Part shown: one piece after another, positions 40,271 to 54,671 of the stretch | Numbering within the stretch: position 1 is the first letter of the stretch | How the letters are laid out: every line of letters begins with the position of its first letter | DNA from: Octopus sinensis | Taxonomy: Eukaryota | Direction of reading: 5' to 3' | Length of the DNA stretch: 64,000 nt | Assembly: GCF_006345805.1 (NCBI RefSeq) | Contig: NC_042997.1 | Span: 181,040,001-181,104,000, forward strand | Notes under the pieces: model-generated | The model's database searches: none | Told to the model about the DNA's origin: nothing | Seen by the model: the letters and a program-made list of their open reading frames with translations, nothing else | Translations under genes and position numbers: made by a program

Positions 40271-40934
40271 AGATTAATAGAAGGTTGAAAGCAGCGGAAA
40301 TGAAGTGTGGAAAGGTGTTTCTTTAGATGGTAGTGGAGGTGGAAGAGGAAGGATTTCTAATCGGGCATGATTGAAAAAGGAGAAAATAAAGGGGAGAGAG
40401 AAAGGTAAAGTAATGACGTACGGAGTATAAAAGTTCGAAAATTCAAAAGGCGTAAGGAGGAAAAAATTCAAAAGGCAGGAGGAGAAGAAAAATAAAAAAA
40501 AGAAGAAAAAGAAGAAGAAAAAACGGGGAGAAAAAGAGACGAAAAGAAGAAGAGAAGACGAAAAGGACAAGAAAGGGGAGAGAGAGAGAGAGAGAGAGAG
40601 AGAGGCAAAGTAACAACGTACGGATTAAGAGAAACTGAGTAAGAAAAAAACGGAATAAGAAAATGGTTCATAAAAGTTCAAAAAGGTTCATATATATATG
40701 AGATCGATCAACTGCCATAACAAGCCTTCCAAGAGCATTGCCAGCATAATGTTGGCATCATTAGCACGATTACGTAGCTAAGAAAATGTAGCTCCCGTAT
40801 ATATATATGCGTGTTAAGAGTGTGTGTGTTTGTATGTGTGTGTGTGTGTGTGTACATGCTAACGTATACAAACACATACACACACAGACACACACATACA
40901 TAATAAATCATAATATAATATTTATTATTAATTA

Positions 40935-41190
40935 AATAAATAAAATAAATGCGCCCTTTTTAAAGCCTAGGTAGGCTCATGGGCCCGGTTTCCCGGTTTC
41001 AATGACGTATGTATTCCCCAGCTGGATGGGACACCAGTCCATCGCAGCGTTACTCATTTTTGCCAGCTGAGTGGACTGGAGCAACGTGAAATAAAGTGCT
41101 TTGCTCAAGAACACAACGCGTCGCCCGGTCCAGGAATCGAAACCACAATCTTGCGATCATGATGCTGACACCCTAACTACTAAGCCACGT
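40935..41190 (-). mobile_element. SINE family B copy
   Basis: Near-identical to 25487-25746. Confidence 0.9.
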
Positions 41191-41205
41191 GTCTCTACGT
41201 ACACA

Positions 41206-41265
<60 letters not shown>

Positions 41266-42259
41266 ATGGCGGTGCCCCAGCATGGCCACAGCTCATTAGC
41301 TGAAAACAAATCAAATATACATGTCTGAATGTGCACACTTGCGCCTCTCTACTTGTATACTTATAACAGTTTCGGAATTGTACCGAGTATAATAAATCAA
41401 TAATCCTTCCTTAATAAATCGATTTCATACGTACAGAGTGATTTTTTTCTTATTATCATTGTACCTTTATACACTATATATCAATAATTATTTATTATAC
41501 GTCTCAATCTAGTCACTATGTAAATACATTTATCATTATTATTGATGAAATTATGTTCCTATTAATATATCTAATATATCTAACATGTTAATTAGCCCAA
41601 CGTACCTGATTTACAGGCATCGTGATTTTGCAAATAATCTCGAATGATCTCGTATCTTTAATGATTGCATTGTTTAATATCTTTACACACACACAAGCAC
41701 AGGTGCACACGTGCACATACGCACACATGTATAAATGTACATATAAATATATATATATATATACACTCATGCACACACATAAATATATATATATATACAC
41801 ACATACATATATCTTAGTTTATTAACTTACGTAAATGACATAAACGATAGCTACAATTCAATCTAATGTTTATTGGTTCAGTATTAGCATTATTGCTGTA
41901 ATATTCAATCAGATCTGCTACGTTGCGTGATCATAAACGATGCGGTTTAATTGATTTGATCCTGTCTCAGAAGCTTAAGCTCCCTCAGTATAGGAAGTGA
42001 CCGTATTATTTACGATAATAAATGTGATTTCTAACACACGCAAGAGATCTTGAAAGTAAGGGAATAAATGCATTATGTCGATTATGGCTACAGAAACACT
42101 TTATGATACTGGCGTCACTTTATATTATAGTCCCCTGGAGAATGACTGGTAATATTGTCCTCAGGTCGTACTACAGGAATTGAACCGTGTTTCTGTTGTT
42201 TGCCGGCGGGTGACTTTGCGTTCCATGACGCCAATTAGGTTCTACCAGAAAACCCAAAT

Positions 42260-42260
42260 G

Positions 42261-42307
<47 letters not shown>

Positions 42308-42321
42308 GATTATTATTATTA

Positions 42322-42360
<39 letters not shown>

Positions 42361-42380
42361 TATTATTATTATTATTATTA

Positions 42381-42425
<45 letters not shown>

Positions 42426-42450
42426 ATTATTATCATTATTATTATTATCA
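42260..42450. repeat. (TTA)n microsatellite
   Basis: Directly visible. Confidence 0.95.
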
Positions 42451-42474
42451 TAGCGTGAAGGAGGCTGATGATTC

Positions 42475-42825
42475 AATGGCACTCATTGGCTCTCGTGAAT
42501 TTTGATCTTAACTGATTGGAAGTGTTAACATGTACACCTCTTGTCTTGTCTTAGTACAAAAGATGGGATACAGCAAATGTTCTGCTTCATATCACAGATT
42601 TGTTTGTCAATTACTTGACTTAAATCAGTTGAGTATGTTCCTTAGTGGATAATGATCTATGAATCTCTGATCACAAGTAAGAGTAATGGAGGAGCATCAT
42701 AGCCACATACTGAGAGGGATTCTTTAGGACTAGAATTATTCATACCTGGAAACATAGATGTTTCATTAACTATCCTTAAACAACCATTATTCAGGGACCT
42801 TTTGAGCAGGCTGGGCTACTTGAAG
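42475..42825 (+). mobile_element. Diverged partial copy of the 17079-17640 repeat
   Basis: Aligns by eye with 17105-17440. Confidence 0.75.
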
Positions 42826-43071
42826 AAATTGCTCAAGGAACATTACACAACAAAACAGAAAGCAAAAAAAAATCCGCATTGATTACGAGTAGATACAAGG
42901 AATCCCACAGAACCTGAATTATCCGGGCCGTCACAGTGGACGCCTTTCTCCCATCCGTTATCTATAACCTACAGGGGCAAGCACAGAGCGGGAAAACCTT
43001 GTCACATTCACAGACATTTTAACAAATGTTCTAAGGAGCAGCACCTCTCTCACTCGTTTTCTCTCTTTCTT

Positions 43072-43127
<56 letters not shown>

Positions 43128-44249
43128 ACTCTATCTATCTTCACCTTCATTTCCAAATAGAACTTTAAAAAGTCCCTGAAAGTGTGATCGAAGAAGTTTT
43201 CCAGCTTCAGTCCTTCCACTCTCGTTCCCCTCACGAACTCTTTCGCCATCAATCACCAGGGAAAGAAAAAAAACCGTCTTTTCCACCAGATGAAGGTGTT
43301 GGAGTGATCTTTATGATGAAGTCAATTATAGCAGCTGTTGCGTTGTGTGCATCTCACGCAGGTCTGAGTACAGCAGTTGAGATTCTCCAACTTCCCGCGC
43401 AACTTTAAGATGCTTTGTCATCAAATAAGCTCTGTTCAAAGCAGATGATCACCATGTGCAATTCGTCGGATAACTATAAGCAAGCAATCATGCAGATGAT
43501 ATTTTTTGTGCAATAATTGAAATGACCAACGATAGTGACTTCAAGAACATAAAGAAAAGAAAATGCGAGAAATCACTGAAAATTCATAATTTAAAAGATG
43601 AGCAAAAGAGTTCCACACATTCCCTACAATTTGACAAAACTAACCAATTTATACAAAGGTTATAGACTCCCAAATATTGAGGAGAAATGAAAAGCTCAAT
43701 GCATGAATACAAACACTGAGAATGAATCTTGTATGGCAAACCGTCGTTAATCATGCTTTTATTTCAAAACTGTAAGATGCATAACGAATGATGAAATAAA
43801 TATATTTGGTAAACTGGGTCTCTTTTCAGAAACGTCTTAAATATTTTTTTTTTTTATTGGAGATACAAAACACAGAATTTTAGCCATAGTGCATCACGGC
43901 TGAATAAAATTAGAACAGAAAATAATGCATATACTCGTCACTCCGAAACACGTACTAGAGTTTTAGGAACACTGTATAGTAAGAAGGCACAAAAAAATTG
44001 TCATCCTAGTTGATCGCAAGCAAAGATGCTGACCTTATAGAGGAGACGAGTGACTTGAACATTTAAAAATAATTTGAAATATTAAACTGACGTGCCAAGC
44101 AAACTAACTATAGGACTGACAAATTTTAGGTTTAGAACAAAAACTGTCAGCAGAAATCTATACATCTATCACTTTGCATAGGTTCTTTCTTCACCAATCG
44201 ATCAGGTAAAAAAAGAAGTCTGCAGGGTACATCGGGAAACTTCTAATTA

Positions 44250-47200
44250 ATAAATTATGTTGTCTGAAGCTTTGTGAAAATAAGACTTATTTTCAGCAAT
44301 GTGTCTTTCAACTACTGGAGTTATTGCATTTAGCAATTATATTCCAGTTAGCAAATATATAGCTCATATTTTCTAGCTGAGTATTCTCCAGATAAGTGGG
44401 TGCAAACCAAACTGCGTTATTGTTGAAATACTATTTCAAACATAACGCACCTGATATTCCATATATTTCAAGCAAAATCACAGTAGATGTTCTAACAAAT
44501 GACTGCTTCCACAAAAGACTCCTTGCATCAGTTAGTATACAGCATGTGGTAAGCATGACAGTTTGTTATGCTGTGAATGTCTTAAAAGGAGATTCGTATC
44601 AAATGTTTTGAGATGATTGTTTGAAGTTATTCTTCAAGAATTTGGAGTCTTTAATCCTTAAGCATTAATATAGTTAGCTAAAATAGGTTTGATTATATAT
44701 GCGGCAACAAAATATAACATTGATTACTTACAATAGTCTGCTTGCATTGGTGCAGTTCAGATAATATACAAGTAAATAGATCTTTCATCTCCTTCATGCT
44801 TCCAGATTGTGCTAAGTGTCTCACTAGACATAACCGTCTCTGCAGCCTGTTATTGCTGTGTTTGTTTTTTTCCTTTTGTCTTTTGCATATCTTCTGAGCA
44901 GGAAAGACTTTAATGACCTTTACACTTATATATGAAGCAGCTAGACTTTTATAGCCCACGCAATTAATCGTGAAACTTAAACTTATATTTCTTCACCTGC
45001 TAAAAAGGTTAACACTTGTATCATTAGGCCATAGAAATACCGCTCGATCTTATATCAGCATTAACTATCAGATCATTGTGCTTCGAAGGTGGCAATCATT
45101 TAGAGGAAAATTTTTTTACCGTGATTCTTATAATCCAGATATCGTCCATGACGGCCTCCTGGTGCTCTTTCGGAGTCATGAAAAAGCGCTTCTATTTCTT
45201 TCGAACTGCAGAGATGAGTTTTTCTTCTTCTCCTTCCGCTGTTCGATGAAGTACAAGGATACTGATATAATTGTCCTTTGTTTCACTCATTTAGCAATTG
45301 TGTTTTTAAACTCCTTCACAAAGCTCTTCTGTGTCTCTTCTGTATGCAGTTATTTATTGATTTTCCAATATGTATTACCACATTTTTATATCATAGTCTC
45401 TTACGGCATGGTCAGTATTTTTAACTTGGGAATGAGCTGCATAGCTTCTGCCGTATTGGCTCATACTTGTCCATGAATATCATCAATAATTTTTAACATG
45501 AATCAATCCAGTTGAACTTTTATCAGCAGATAACTGACTACCAAGAAACATTCTTTGTCTGATAGTAAAAGTTATGAATTGTAGGCATAAATATATTCTC
45601 AGAATGTGTTTTATATTTTGTTAAAGCTCAAAACTTTTTACACTGTAGGCGCAGGAGTGGCTGTGTAGTAAGTAGCTTGCTTACCAACCACATCGTTCTG
45701 GGTTCATTTCCACTGCATGGCACCTTGGGAAAGTGTCTTCTACTATAGCCTCGGGCCAACCAAAGCCTTGTGAATGGATTTGGTAGACGGAAACCGAAAG
45801 AAGCCCGTCGTATATATGTATATATAAATATATATATATGTGTGTGTGTGTACGTGTGTGTGTGTGTGTATGTTTGTGTGACTGTGTTTGTTCCCCCAAC
45901 ACCGCTTGACAACCGATGGTGGTGTGTTTATGTCCCTGTAACTTAGCGGTTCGGTAATAGAGACCAAGAGAATAAGTACTAGGCTTCCAAAGAATAAGTC
46001 CTGGGGTCGATTTGCTCGACTAAAGCTGCTGCTCCAGCATGGCCGTAGTCAAATGACTGAAACAATGAAAAGAGTAAAAGAGTACTCCTGTGTGTCTGAC
46101 AAGTTGTGATTGCACCTCAAATAGAACATGGTCGAACCATGTGAAACACTATACAAAAATATGTTCCATACCTTGCTCTTCAAACTTGATGCAGGTATAT
46201 AGGTATATATTCTCTGATGTATCCCCCTTTGTTCAAAAAGATTGAAATATCATTTGTAGAAAAAAAAATACCGTCATATTTTCCAGAGTGTAGGAACGCG
46301 TAATCTTTCTCTTTTCTAGTTGATTTTTGTTAGATGGTTAATATTTACGAGTAAACTGTTAATGAAGGAAGTTTTGTTTTACGAGATAAATTCTTGCGTC
46401 GTTAACTTCAAGTGTCTCTCTTCATTTCCTCCAAATAACGTAGTGAAACAACAATTTCATATTTTATATGTTAGTTGGTATTTTTCATGTTTAGAAATAT
46501 AACTTTTTGAAGGAATTCTTTTCGAATATAACCATGTTTCGTCCGTTTTCTTCCATTATTTTCTTCAAGACAGCAACATACTTTGCTACAACTTTGCTGG
46601 TTGGTTCGATACATATTTTTACATTACCCAGTAATTCTTAAAACGTTCGAATCAACCACATTTGCATTATATGTTCCTTCAGTGATGATTTGAATACTAT
46701 TATTATTCACGGCTGAAATTATTGCTTTGCCAAAAGGAATATATTTTTGATTACAATCCTTATTCCATACAGCAAAATGATGTTCCATCTCTGTTTTTGC
46801 AAGGCTTCTATTTATTGCAGCTGCTTGGAAACCACAATACCATAATGTTATTTTACCTTTGTTTTATTTCTGCTGCATATATGTTTTATTGTGTTTCAGA
46901 CGCTCAGTTCTCTCATTCCAAGATCTATGGCAATATTCGAATTGCTACCGCCACATATATGATATTTTATTACATTGAATTTCTAATCTGTTGTAAAAGT
47001 AAGCCTTTTCTTTACTTCTGTATAAACAATTGAGCTACAAATATTTCTTCTTTCTTTTTAGCTACGAGGGTGGTTTTACTAGAACAATATGTTTGAGATA
47101 AAATGCCCTCGTGTTTTATTTCAAATTGTACAAAAACCATCTGAGTGCTATCACAGGACGACAGCCAGAAGCAAATTCGCCAATGACTGATCAAAGTACA

Positions 47201-47290
47201 TGAGACGAGAACATATTCCTTTTCCTTCATCAAAAACATTTGTACTAAATCTAAAATAATCTCGTATAAGATTATCATTTCAAACTTCTC
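44250..47290 (-). mobile_element. Probable very degraded Ty3/Gypsy pol relic (RT to integrase), interrupted by a SINE
   Basis: Only faint motifs: HLAQSGSMKEMKDL...QCKQ (HHCC-like, ~44830-44735), a YH..SNG.AE.FV-like relic (~44560-44505) and weak RT-like relics at 46500-47200. No long ORF. Confidence 0.4.
45647..46083 (+). mobile_element. SINE family D, full-length
   Basis: Head ggcgcaggagtggctgtgtagtaag, B box ggttcatttcc, CORE-like accttgggaaagtgtctt, tail aaaagagtaaaagag. Second copy at 31275-31683. Confidence 0.9.
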
Positions 47291-47332
47291 ACTGAATCGA
47301 AGAAACAGAGGCCATTGTATCTTTAGATGTAC

Positions 47333-47412
<80 letters not shown>

Positions 47413-48497
47413 AGCATTCTATAGGGGATTAGTGGAGGGGAGGTACGACGACGAGCTCGGGGCGAACCTGGACGTCGACGAGGAGTACCTGACCCGCCTG
47501 TTCAGGACGACTTTCGGGCCAGGGCCCATGGACAACTTCCAGAGATCCCTGGCCTGGCAGTGCTACCGAGAAGCGCTACCCGTTCGGGATAAGCTCTACA
47601 GACACGGCTCGAGAAACACGGGGCCGACCTGCCCGAGATGCGGTCAGAGCGACGAAACCGTTCTGCACGCACTCGTGCAGTGTCCAACAATTTCCGACCT
47701 GTGGGCTTATGTCGAACAACTGCTGTCACGTGTGGGACGAGTCGGTTTATCAGCTGAGTCTATCGTCAATATTGTCACGCCTCCTTCCTTCAAACGGGAA
47801 GGAAGAGCTCTTTTCATAATCCTTGTGGCTATGGCGAAAGAATGTATCTGGTGGACGCGCCTGAAAGGATTGGAGACAAACACTTTCCTCTCTGGTCAAT
47901 CTCTCATCAACTTCTTTAAGTACCACTTGAAGAGGAAAGTGAGAGTAGAGAGGCAAGTTTTGTCTAGCGAATGTTTTAAAAAAAGATGGGTGAATGTAGC
48001 AAGGATGGCACGTATGAATGACGAAGCCACCTTGAGCATAATCCTATGAACCCAGAAATTGAAAACAGAGGGTTATCCACTTGCAAACAAATGTGGTAAC
48101 ATATAACAATATTGACCAAGGTTACCGTGGTCTTTTTGGTAGGCTTTTCTTCCCACGGATAAACCTTACTTGCTTTCCCCTTTACACCATATATCATAAC
48201 ACTGTGATACACGATTCCTATTGATCGTTCTTTTTTTTCTTCTTCCCCTTTTTTTTCCCCTTTTTTCTTCTTTTTTCATTTCTCTTTTCTCTTGTTCCTT
48301 TTCCTTTTCCTTTTTTTTATTCTTTTTATTTTTTATTTTATTTATTTTTTTTGTTCTTTTCTTCCCTTTTACGATCCATCTTGATCGAAAACCTACGCCA
48401 TCCCCTTTTTTTTGTTGTTTTCTTCATCCCCCAAAAGAAAAGCTCTACCTTGTAACTTGTCCCATCTGTGTGCAGCCCTGTGTGGCCAATAAAGAAA
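47413..48497 (+). mobile_element. 5'-truncated Tx1/L1-clade LINE (ORF2 C-terminal zf-RVT region, 3' UTR)
   Basis: Open frame to 48049 with LAWQCYREALPVR...CPRCGQSDETVLHALVQC..W (CCHC zf-RVT). Pyrimidine-rich 3' UTR, AATAAA at 48488, (TATC)n on both sides. Confidence 0.9.
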
Positions 48498-48571
48498 CTT
48501 ATCTATCTATCTATTTATTTATCTATATAACTAACTATCTATTTATCTATCCATCTATCTATCTCTCTGTG

Positions 48572-48905
48572 AAGGCGCATGGCTCAGTGGTTAGAGCGTC
48601 GAGCTTACGATCGTGACGTTGTGAGTTCGAATCCCGGACCGGGCTGCATGTTGTGTTCTTGAGCGAGACACCTTATTTCACGTTGCTCCAGTTCACTCAG
48701 CTGTAGGAATGGGTTGCGATATCATAGGTTTCAAGCTGTATCGGCCTTTCCCTTTCCCTTGGATAACATCGATGGCATGGAGAGGGGAGGCTGGTATGCG
48801 TGGGCGACTGCTGGTCTTCCATAAACAACCTTGCCCGGGCTTGTGCCTCGGAGAGTAACTTTCTAGGTGCTATCTCACGGTCAGTCATGACCGAAGGAGG
48901 GTCTC
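48572..48905 (+). mobile_element. SINE family C, full-length
   Basis: A box TGGCTCAGTGG, B box GTTCGAATCC, CORE-like ttgagcgagacaccttatttcacgttgctccag. Confidence 0.9.
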
Positions 48906-49024
48906 AATACATCCCTCTCTCTATCTATCTGTGTGTTTGTGTCCGTGCGCGCGTGTTTGTATGTCTGTATTTTATGTATTATGTATATATTCTATATACA
49001 CTCTATGTATCTTCCCTTCTCCCT

Positions 49025-49098
<74 letters not shown>

Positions 49099-49106
49099 GT
49101 ATATGT

Positions 49107-49152
<46 letters not shown>

Positions 49153-49155
49153 ATG

Positions 49156-49186
<31 letters not shown>

Positions 49187-50073
49187 CCCCATACACATGT
49201 ATTGATATGAATATGTATGTATGCGTGTGTGCGTGTCTGTGTGCATATATAGATGTATGTGTGTGTGCGTGCGTTTCTGTGTGCATATATAGATGTGTGT
49301 GTGTGTGAGTGCCACCTGATTACTGTTTCAAAATAACCAGCATTTTCTCTCCAATTGTATGAACTGTACGAATCTTTGAGTCTACGTCTGTGTGGTTGCC
49401 TTTGTGCATGTCTGTTTCTATGTGTCTGACCGTCCATTTTCCAATTTAACATTATTTTTACACTTCTCCTGTTCAATGGCAACCATTACAACATACATTG
49501 TTGCATATTGGATACCAGCTTTACATGCACATTGGAAACACTCCCTTGAGGACAAAACAATTAAAACTACAGAAGATTCAAATTATTGATGGAATTTCCT
49601 CTTTTTCCTACATTCTTTGTTTGCTTGTATATTTGTTGTTTTTGTTTTATATTTTTTTCTCTTCTTCCAAGATAATTTGCATATTTATCGGAGAGCAAAA
49701 CACTGAGACGCCATCTTACCGTTTGATGATGTAGCCGATATTGATAGATTTAATGAAGAAAAATGTAGAATGCCATCGAATGCATGGAAATAAAATATAA
49801 TTCCTTTTGAATAGATTTATATGAAATTTATTCTTAGGCCAATTTTCTATTCTTATTTGTTTTACATTGTATCCTCCACTAAGCAAGACGCACGTGCATC
49901 GGCATATATAATTTTTACAACGTTTCATATCTTTATTTTTTTCTTACAAATAACTTTAAAATTCTAGTCACATTCGAGGCGCTGGAGGGCAGGATGTGAC
50001 TCGCAACTATTACTACAATTGCATCCTATGTGATCTTCAAATCTTTATTTTGATTGTTTTGTTCACTGGAGGA

Positions 50074-50076
<3 letters not shown>

Positions 50077-50148
<72 letters not shown>

Positions 50149-50207
50149 CATCATTATTACTATTAATATTATTATTATTATTATTATTATCATCATCATC
50201 ATCATCA

Positions 50208-50258
<51 letters not shown>

Positions 50259-50281
50259 TATTATTATTATTATTATTATAT
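50077..50281. repeat. (TTA)n/(TCA)n microsatellite
   Basis: Directly visible. Confidence 0.95.
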
Positions 50282-50634
50282 AGCATTACATCTAGTAATA
50301 ATTGTAACGGTAAAGACGGTGACGTTTTCTTACATATAGAATATTAATAATAACATGATTATTTTTATTTGCGGAAAATAAGCGCAGAAGAAATAAAACA
50401 GTATAACATTAAAGTACATTGGCGACAACAGACATTCTGAAGTGTACATAACTAAATGCAAATGAGAAAAATCACAAATTCCTGTGAGTGGTGTGTGCAT
50501 TCGCGTTTCTGTGTGTGTATTTGTGTGTGTGTGTGTGTGTGTGTGCGTATATGTGTGTTTTTGTTTGTGTGTCTTTCTCTCTCTGTCTCTCTCTCCTCTC
50601 TCTCTCTCCTCTCTCTCTCTCTATCTATCTCTCC

Positions 50635-50667
<33 letters not shown>

Positions 50668-50679
50668 ATCTATCTCTCC

Positions 50680-50712
<33 letters not shown>

Positions 50713-51332
50713 ATCTCTCTCAGTCCGCTTGTGCTTACACGCGCGCGTGTGTGTTCTGAGTGCATATATTCAGAAAGCCCTACTTAAGTCCTACAGGCTA
50801 TGCAATTGACTACACTGCCACCCAAAATCCTCGGCTTGCCTCGTGCCCATTGTAAAGATTATCCATCTACCTTTCTTTAGCCGGGAAGGTCAAGCAGTTA
50901 TATCCCTGTTGGCTGTACCAAATCAGGTTGTGTGGTGAACCAGATTGAAGGGGCTGAAGACAGACACTTTTATCTTTGGCCAAGGCCTCATCAACTATTT
51001 CAAGTTTCCCTTGAAAAGGAAAATGAGACTAAAGAAGGAAGTACTGCCTTCCTTCAATTTTCTTGAAAGGTGAGCATGGTTCGAACAAACAGGCTTATTA
51101 TGACCATGTAACTCTAGACTGAAGTAAGACAACAGGGAGGAGCCACTTGCCTTAGTGAATAGGGTGACAGTATTTTTGTGGGGTTTCAACAAGTTGCGTT
51201 CGGAAATCCCATATTTCATTGTTGAAATATAGATTTATTGCTGTTCTTCTTATCTGCTTTTTACATAACCCCACCATTGTAATGTCTTGTAATGTCCCCA
51301 ATTTTTTGTGAACACTTAGAGGTTAATAGACA

Positions 51333-51371
<39 letters not shown>

Positions 51372-51587
51372 CATTATTATATTATTATTATTATTATTAT
51401 TACTTTTTTTTTTCTTCTTTCAAATTTGCTTCCATTTCTTGCCGGGTGTCTTCCCGACTCCTAGGGCAAAGAAACTCATAGTATACATTGGTAGGCCATT
51501 AAACCAAACTCAGTAGTTCGTTCATTTTTTTTTTTTTTTTAAAGTTAAATTAAAATACATGAGCAGCAACAGTTCTCTCATCGACAA

Positions 51588-51589
<2 letters not shown>

Positions 51590-51630
<41 letters not shown>

Positions 51631-51711
51631 TTCATTAGTAGTAGTAGTAGTGGTGGTGGTGGTGGTGGTGGTGGTAGTAGTAATAGTAGTAGTAGTAGTC
51701 GTAGTAGTAGT

Positions 51712-51791
<80 letters not shown>

Positions 51792-51810
51792 CAGCATTAT
51801 TATTGTTATA
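51590..51810. repeat. Compound (TTA)n/(TAG)n/(TGG)n/(CAG)n microsatellite
   Basis: Directly visible. Confidence 0.95.
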
Positions 51811-51834
51811 ATTCCTTGTTATCACAGGTTTTGT

Positions 51835-51967
51835 TGGAACTGTATGTATGAACAAAGAAAAAGAGGGGAAAGAGAACTTATTGGATGCGAACACCGCATT
51901 AGAGCAGAAGAAAACAACATAGCATGGTATGTAAAAAATGCCACAGAACCGCTATTACTAGAAGTAA
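51835..51967 (+). mobile_element. Short inverted R4/Dong fragment (post-RT region)
   Basis: RKRGERELIGCEHRIRAEENNIAWYVKNATEPLL resembles LY..RK.GGRGL...E......L..Y of R4/Dong. Confidence 0.7.
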
Positions 51968-51969
51968 GG

Positions 51970-53885
51970 TCATATTTACCATAAGGTTTGAGGTCATCCA
52001 CGAATAAGAAATGGTTGATTTTTTGTTAGCGGCTTTTGAATACATACCCAGCTTTTGCTTTCTTCAAAATCAGTGTTAGTGGTATCAAGCACAGTACAAA
52101 GATCAGTGGGAACAGGCAGTCCCCTTGGAAGATGCCTCTCCTAATTTCTACTCTCCCTAAATTTCTTCCGTATGCTGTCAGGTCCGTCCTCCAATTCGCC
52201 ATACTTTTTCCAAGCAATCGCTCAACATTCGATGCAATCCTAAACAGGTTCATACACTCCATAATCTCAGAATGTGGGATCATATCGTATGCCTTACGAT
52301 AGTCGATGACATGGCTAAGTTACTTTTCCTCCTCATGCAGTCTCTGAGTACAGTTTTATCTATCAGGAGTTGATCCTTGGTACCTCTGCACTTACGCTTG
52401 CAACTCTCTGCTCATGTGGCAGGGCTCCACTTTTTTCTAGATGTTCGTACTTTGACTCGACGAATATTCCAGTCTATAACTTCCACATAAGTGGCAAACA
52501 GGATATCGGCCTGTGATTGTCTACCGTATTGCCTTTTTCGATGTTTTTCATGCACAGCACTGTCTTACCCAATGTCAACCACACTGGTGTTACTTTGTCG
52601 GCATTTAACAAGGTGTTGAGTTGCGCACCTATTCGTGCATGACATTCACCAAATCTTTTGATCTAGGAGCCTTGAACTCCATCTTGTCCCGGGGCCTTCT
52701 AGTTGCTCATTTGTTTTGCTGATTTCCTTCACTTCCCTAACTGAAATGACTAGTTCTGCATGTTTTGGACAGACTACTGTTTGTTTCAGTTCTCGCAACC
52801 ATTCAGCATCCTTCTTGAGCTCCTTGTCTTTGCCCCAGATATCACTCCAGTGTTATCTAGTATCAACTTTTTATCTGTACACCCTCCATTTATTTCTATA
52901 TAGAATCTCTTCTGATCTATTCCGAATAACCTATTCTGGTGGTAACCCTTCATTCTTTGATCGTATCTTACCCTCTTTGCTTTCTATGCAACGAGGCGCT
53001 GTTTCAAATACTCCACTACTACTTTCAGGCCCTTTCTTTAAATATTATACTTCCTTTTCAGCGCCCTGTATTTTTGTTCGCTTTTCTCCCCTTTCCCCCT
53101 TTCTCTTTTCAGTCTAACACAGAGATTTCCTTTGCGATCATATCTAACCCTGCCTGGATTCTTGATTTCCACTATGGATTTTTCTTTTGTCACTCCCATT
53201 ATGTTTCTTTTTATTGATATCGACACCCACATTTTCTGCTACAACAATACTTGCTGCCTTGGTCAAATTATTTGTTTCTGTGATGTTGTTTGTTCTGATG
53301 TATTTCAGAATTTCATTGACATTTTTCGTTTCTCGGTTCAATTTCCATCTATCAACCTTTTTAAGGTTGCAAATTATGTCGCTATCGTTCCCCTGTAGTC
53401 TTGCCTTTATTCGGTCATAGATTGCCTTTTTTTCATCATGTCGCCATTAGTTTTATTGTCTTCTTTTAGATCATCTATATGTCTCTCATCAAGTAAACTG
53501 CCACTGCTTCTTTCCTGTACAGTGTGATTACTCTTATTAGTAAGAACTGTATTTTCATTGTCATCTCTGCTGCTATTGTCCATGATCTGTCTTTTGATAG
53601 CTTCGAGCGATCACATAGTCTCTGTTCCATGAGTTGAAACAATCTCTTTTCTCTCCAATGATCATACATACGTTGTCGGTAACCCTTAATATGAGCACCA
53701 TTTTCATCTACCGGGTTTCTCAGGTAGTAACACTCCATGACCACAGCATTAATTTGCTTGCTCCATCTACGCCGTGTGTTGTGGTCCCTATCCGGATATC
53801 GACAAGCTGGAGCCGGACCAGAATCTCTGAGCCTTCCAAGTGTAACACTGTCACCATCAATTGGCTTCAGTTTCATTACCACAGT
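51970..53885 (-). mobile_element. R4/Dong-like retrotransposon, N-terminal and RT region, pseudogenised
   Basis: RRRWSKQINAVVMECYY..GYRQRM..W..QRLCD (N-term), [65 protein letters not shown]; multiple frameshifts. Confidence 0.92.
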
Positions 53886-54607
53886 TATTCACAATATCTT
53901 TTTTTTCATTGTCACTCATATGAGGTAGCAATTATCAGGTTGCGCAATTACCAGCGTTTTTATTGTAACACCATTACTAGTTGTATCATTATTAGCCCAT
54001 AAAGAGACTCCACCCGTTTCCTTTCATTATTATTATTATTATTATTACCATCATTGATATTACTGGTATTATTGTCTTTACGTGCAGTAGTAACAGTGGT
54101 TGCAGCAACAGCAACAGTAACAGTGGTGGGGATAGTGACAAGGGTGGTAGTTGGGCCTCAGATTCTTGTGCTATCATAATAGTAGTAGTTGTACTACAAC
54201 TATTATAGTATTAGTAGTATTTAGTATCACCAGCTGTAGCATATTATTATTTTTTATCGAAACTATAATACACCCAACCAAAGAACGATGGACTAGAACA
54301 GTTTGAATTGCTTCTTTTCAAGGCAGCGCTGTCAGCGGCCACTGGTAGTAGTAAACACATTTGACCTCTGCAGAACCGAAGGGGTGCAAAGATCCTTTTG
54401 TCTCTATGGCTGACCTCTCCACCATCTGCCGAATCTATTTATAGACCCGTAGAATATGATCTATTCACCAATCTGCTGCCCAACTAGTGGTGGTGATGGT
54501 GATAATGAAAAAACTAAAAATTATTATTATATTATTATTATTATTATTATTATTAATATTATTATTGAGAGAGCTGTGCATGTCATCAAAGTGGCAGTGG
54601 GGTAAAA

Positions 54608-54671
<64 letters not shown>

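Noticed and set aside
44970-45476. 168-aa plus-strand ORF
   Set aside because: No recognisable domain; lies antisense to a probable LTR-element relic.
47327-48049. Longest ORF (240 aa) as a host gene
   Set aside because: The N-terminus is translated (TATC)n and the rest is LINE zf-RVT.
48572-48645. Functional tRNA genes (also 24225-24306, 25675-25746)
   Set aside because: These are SINE heads: A/B boxes are present but there is no proper acceptor stem and they run into SINE bodies.
50800-51300. Possible CR1/L2 RT relic on minus strand
   Set aside because: Motifs are too weak to support a call by eye.
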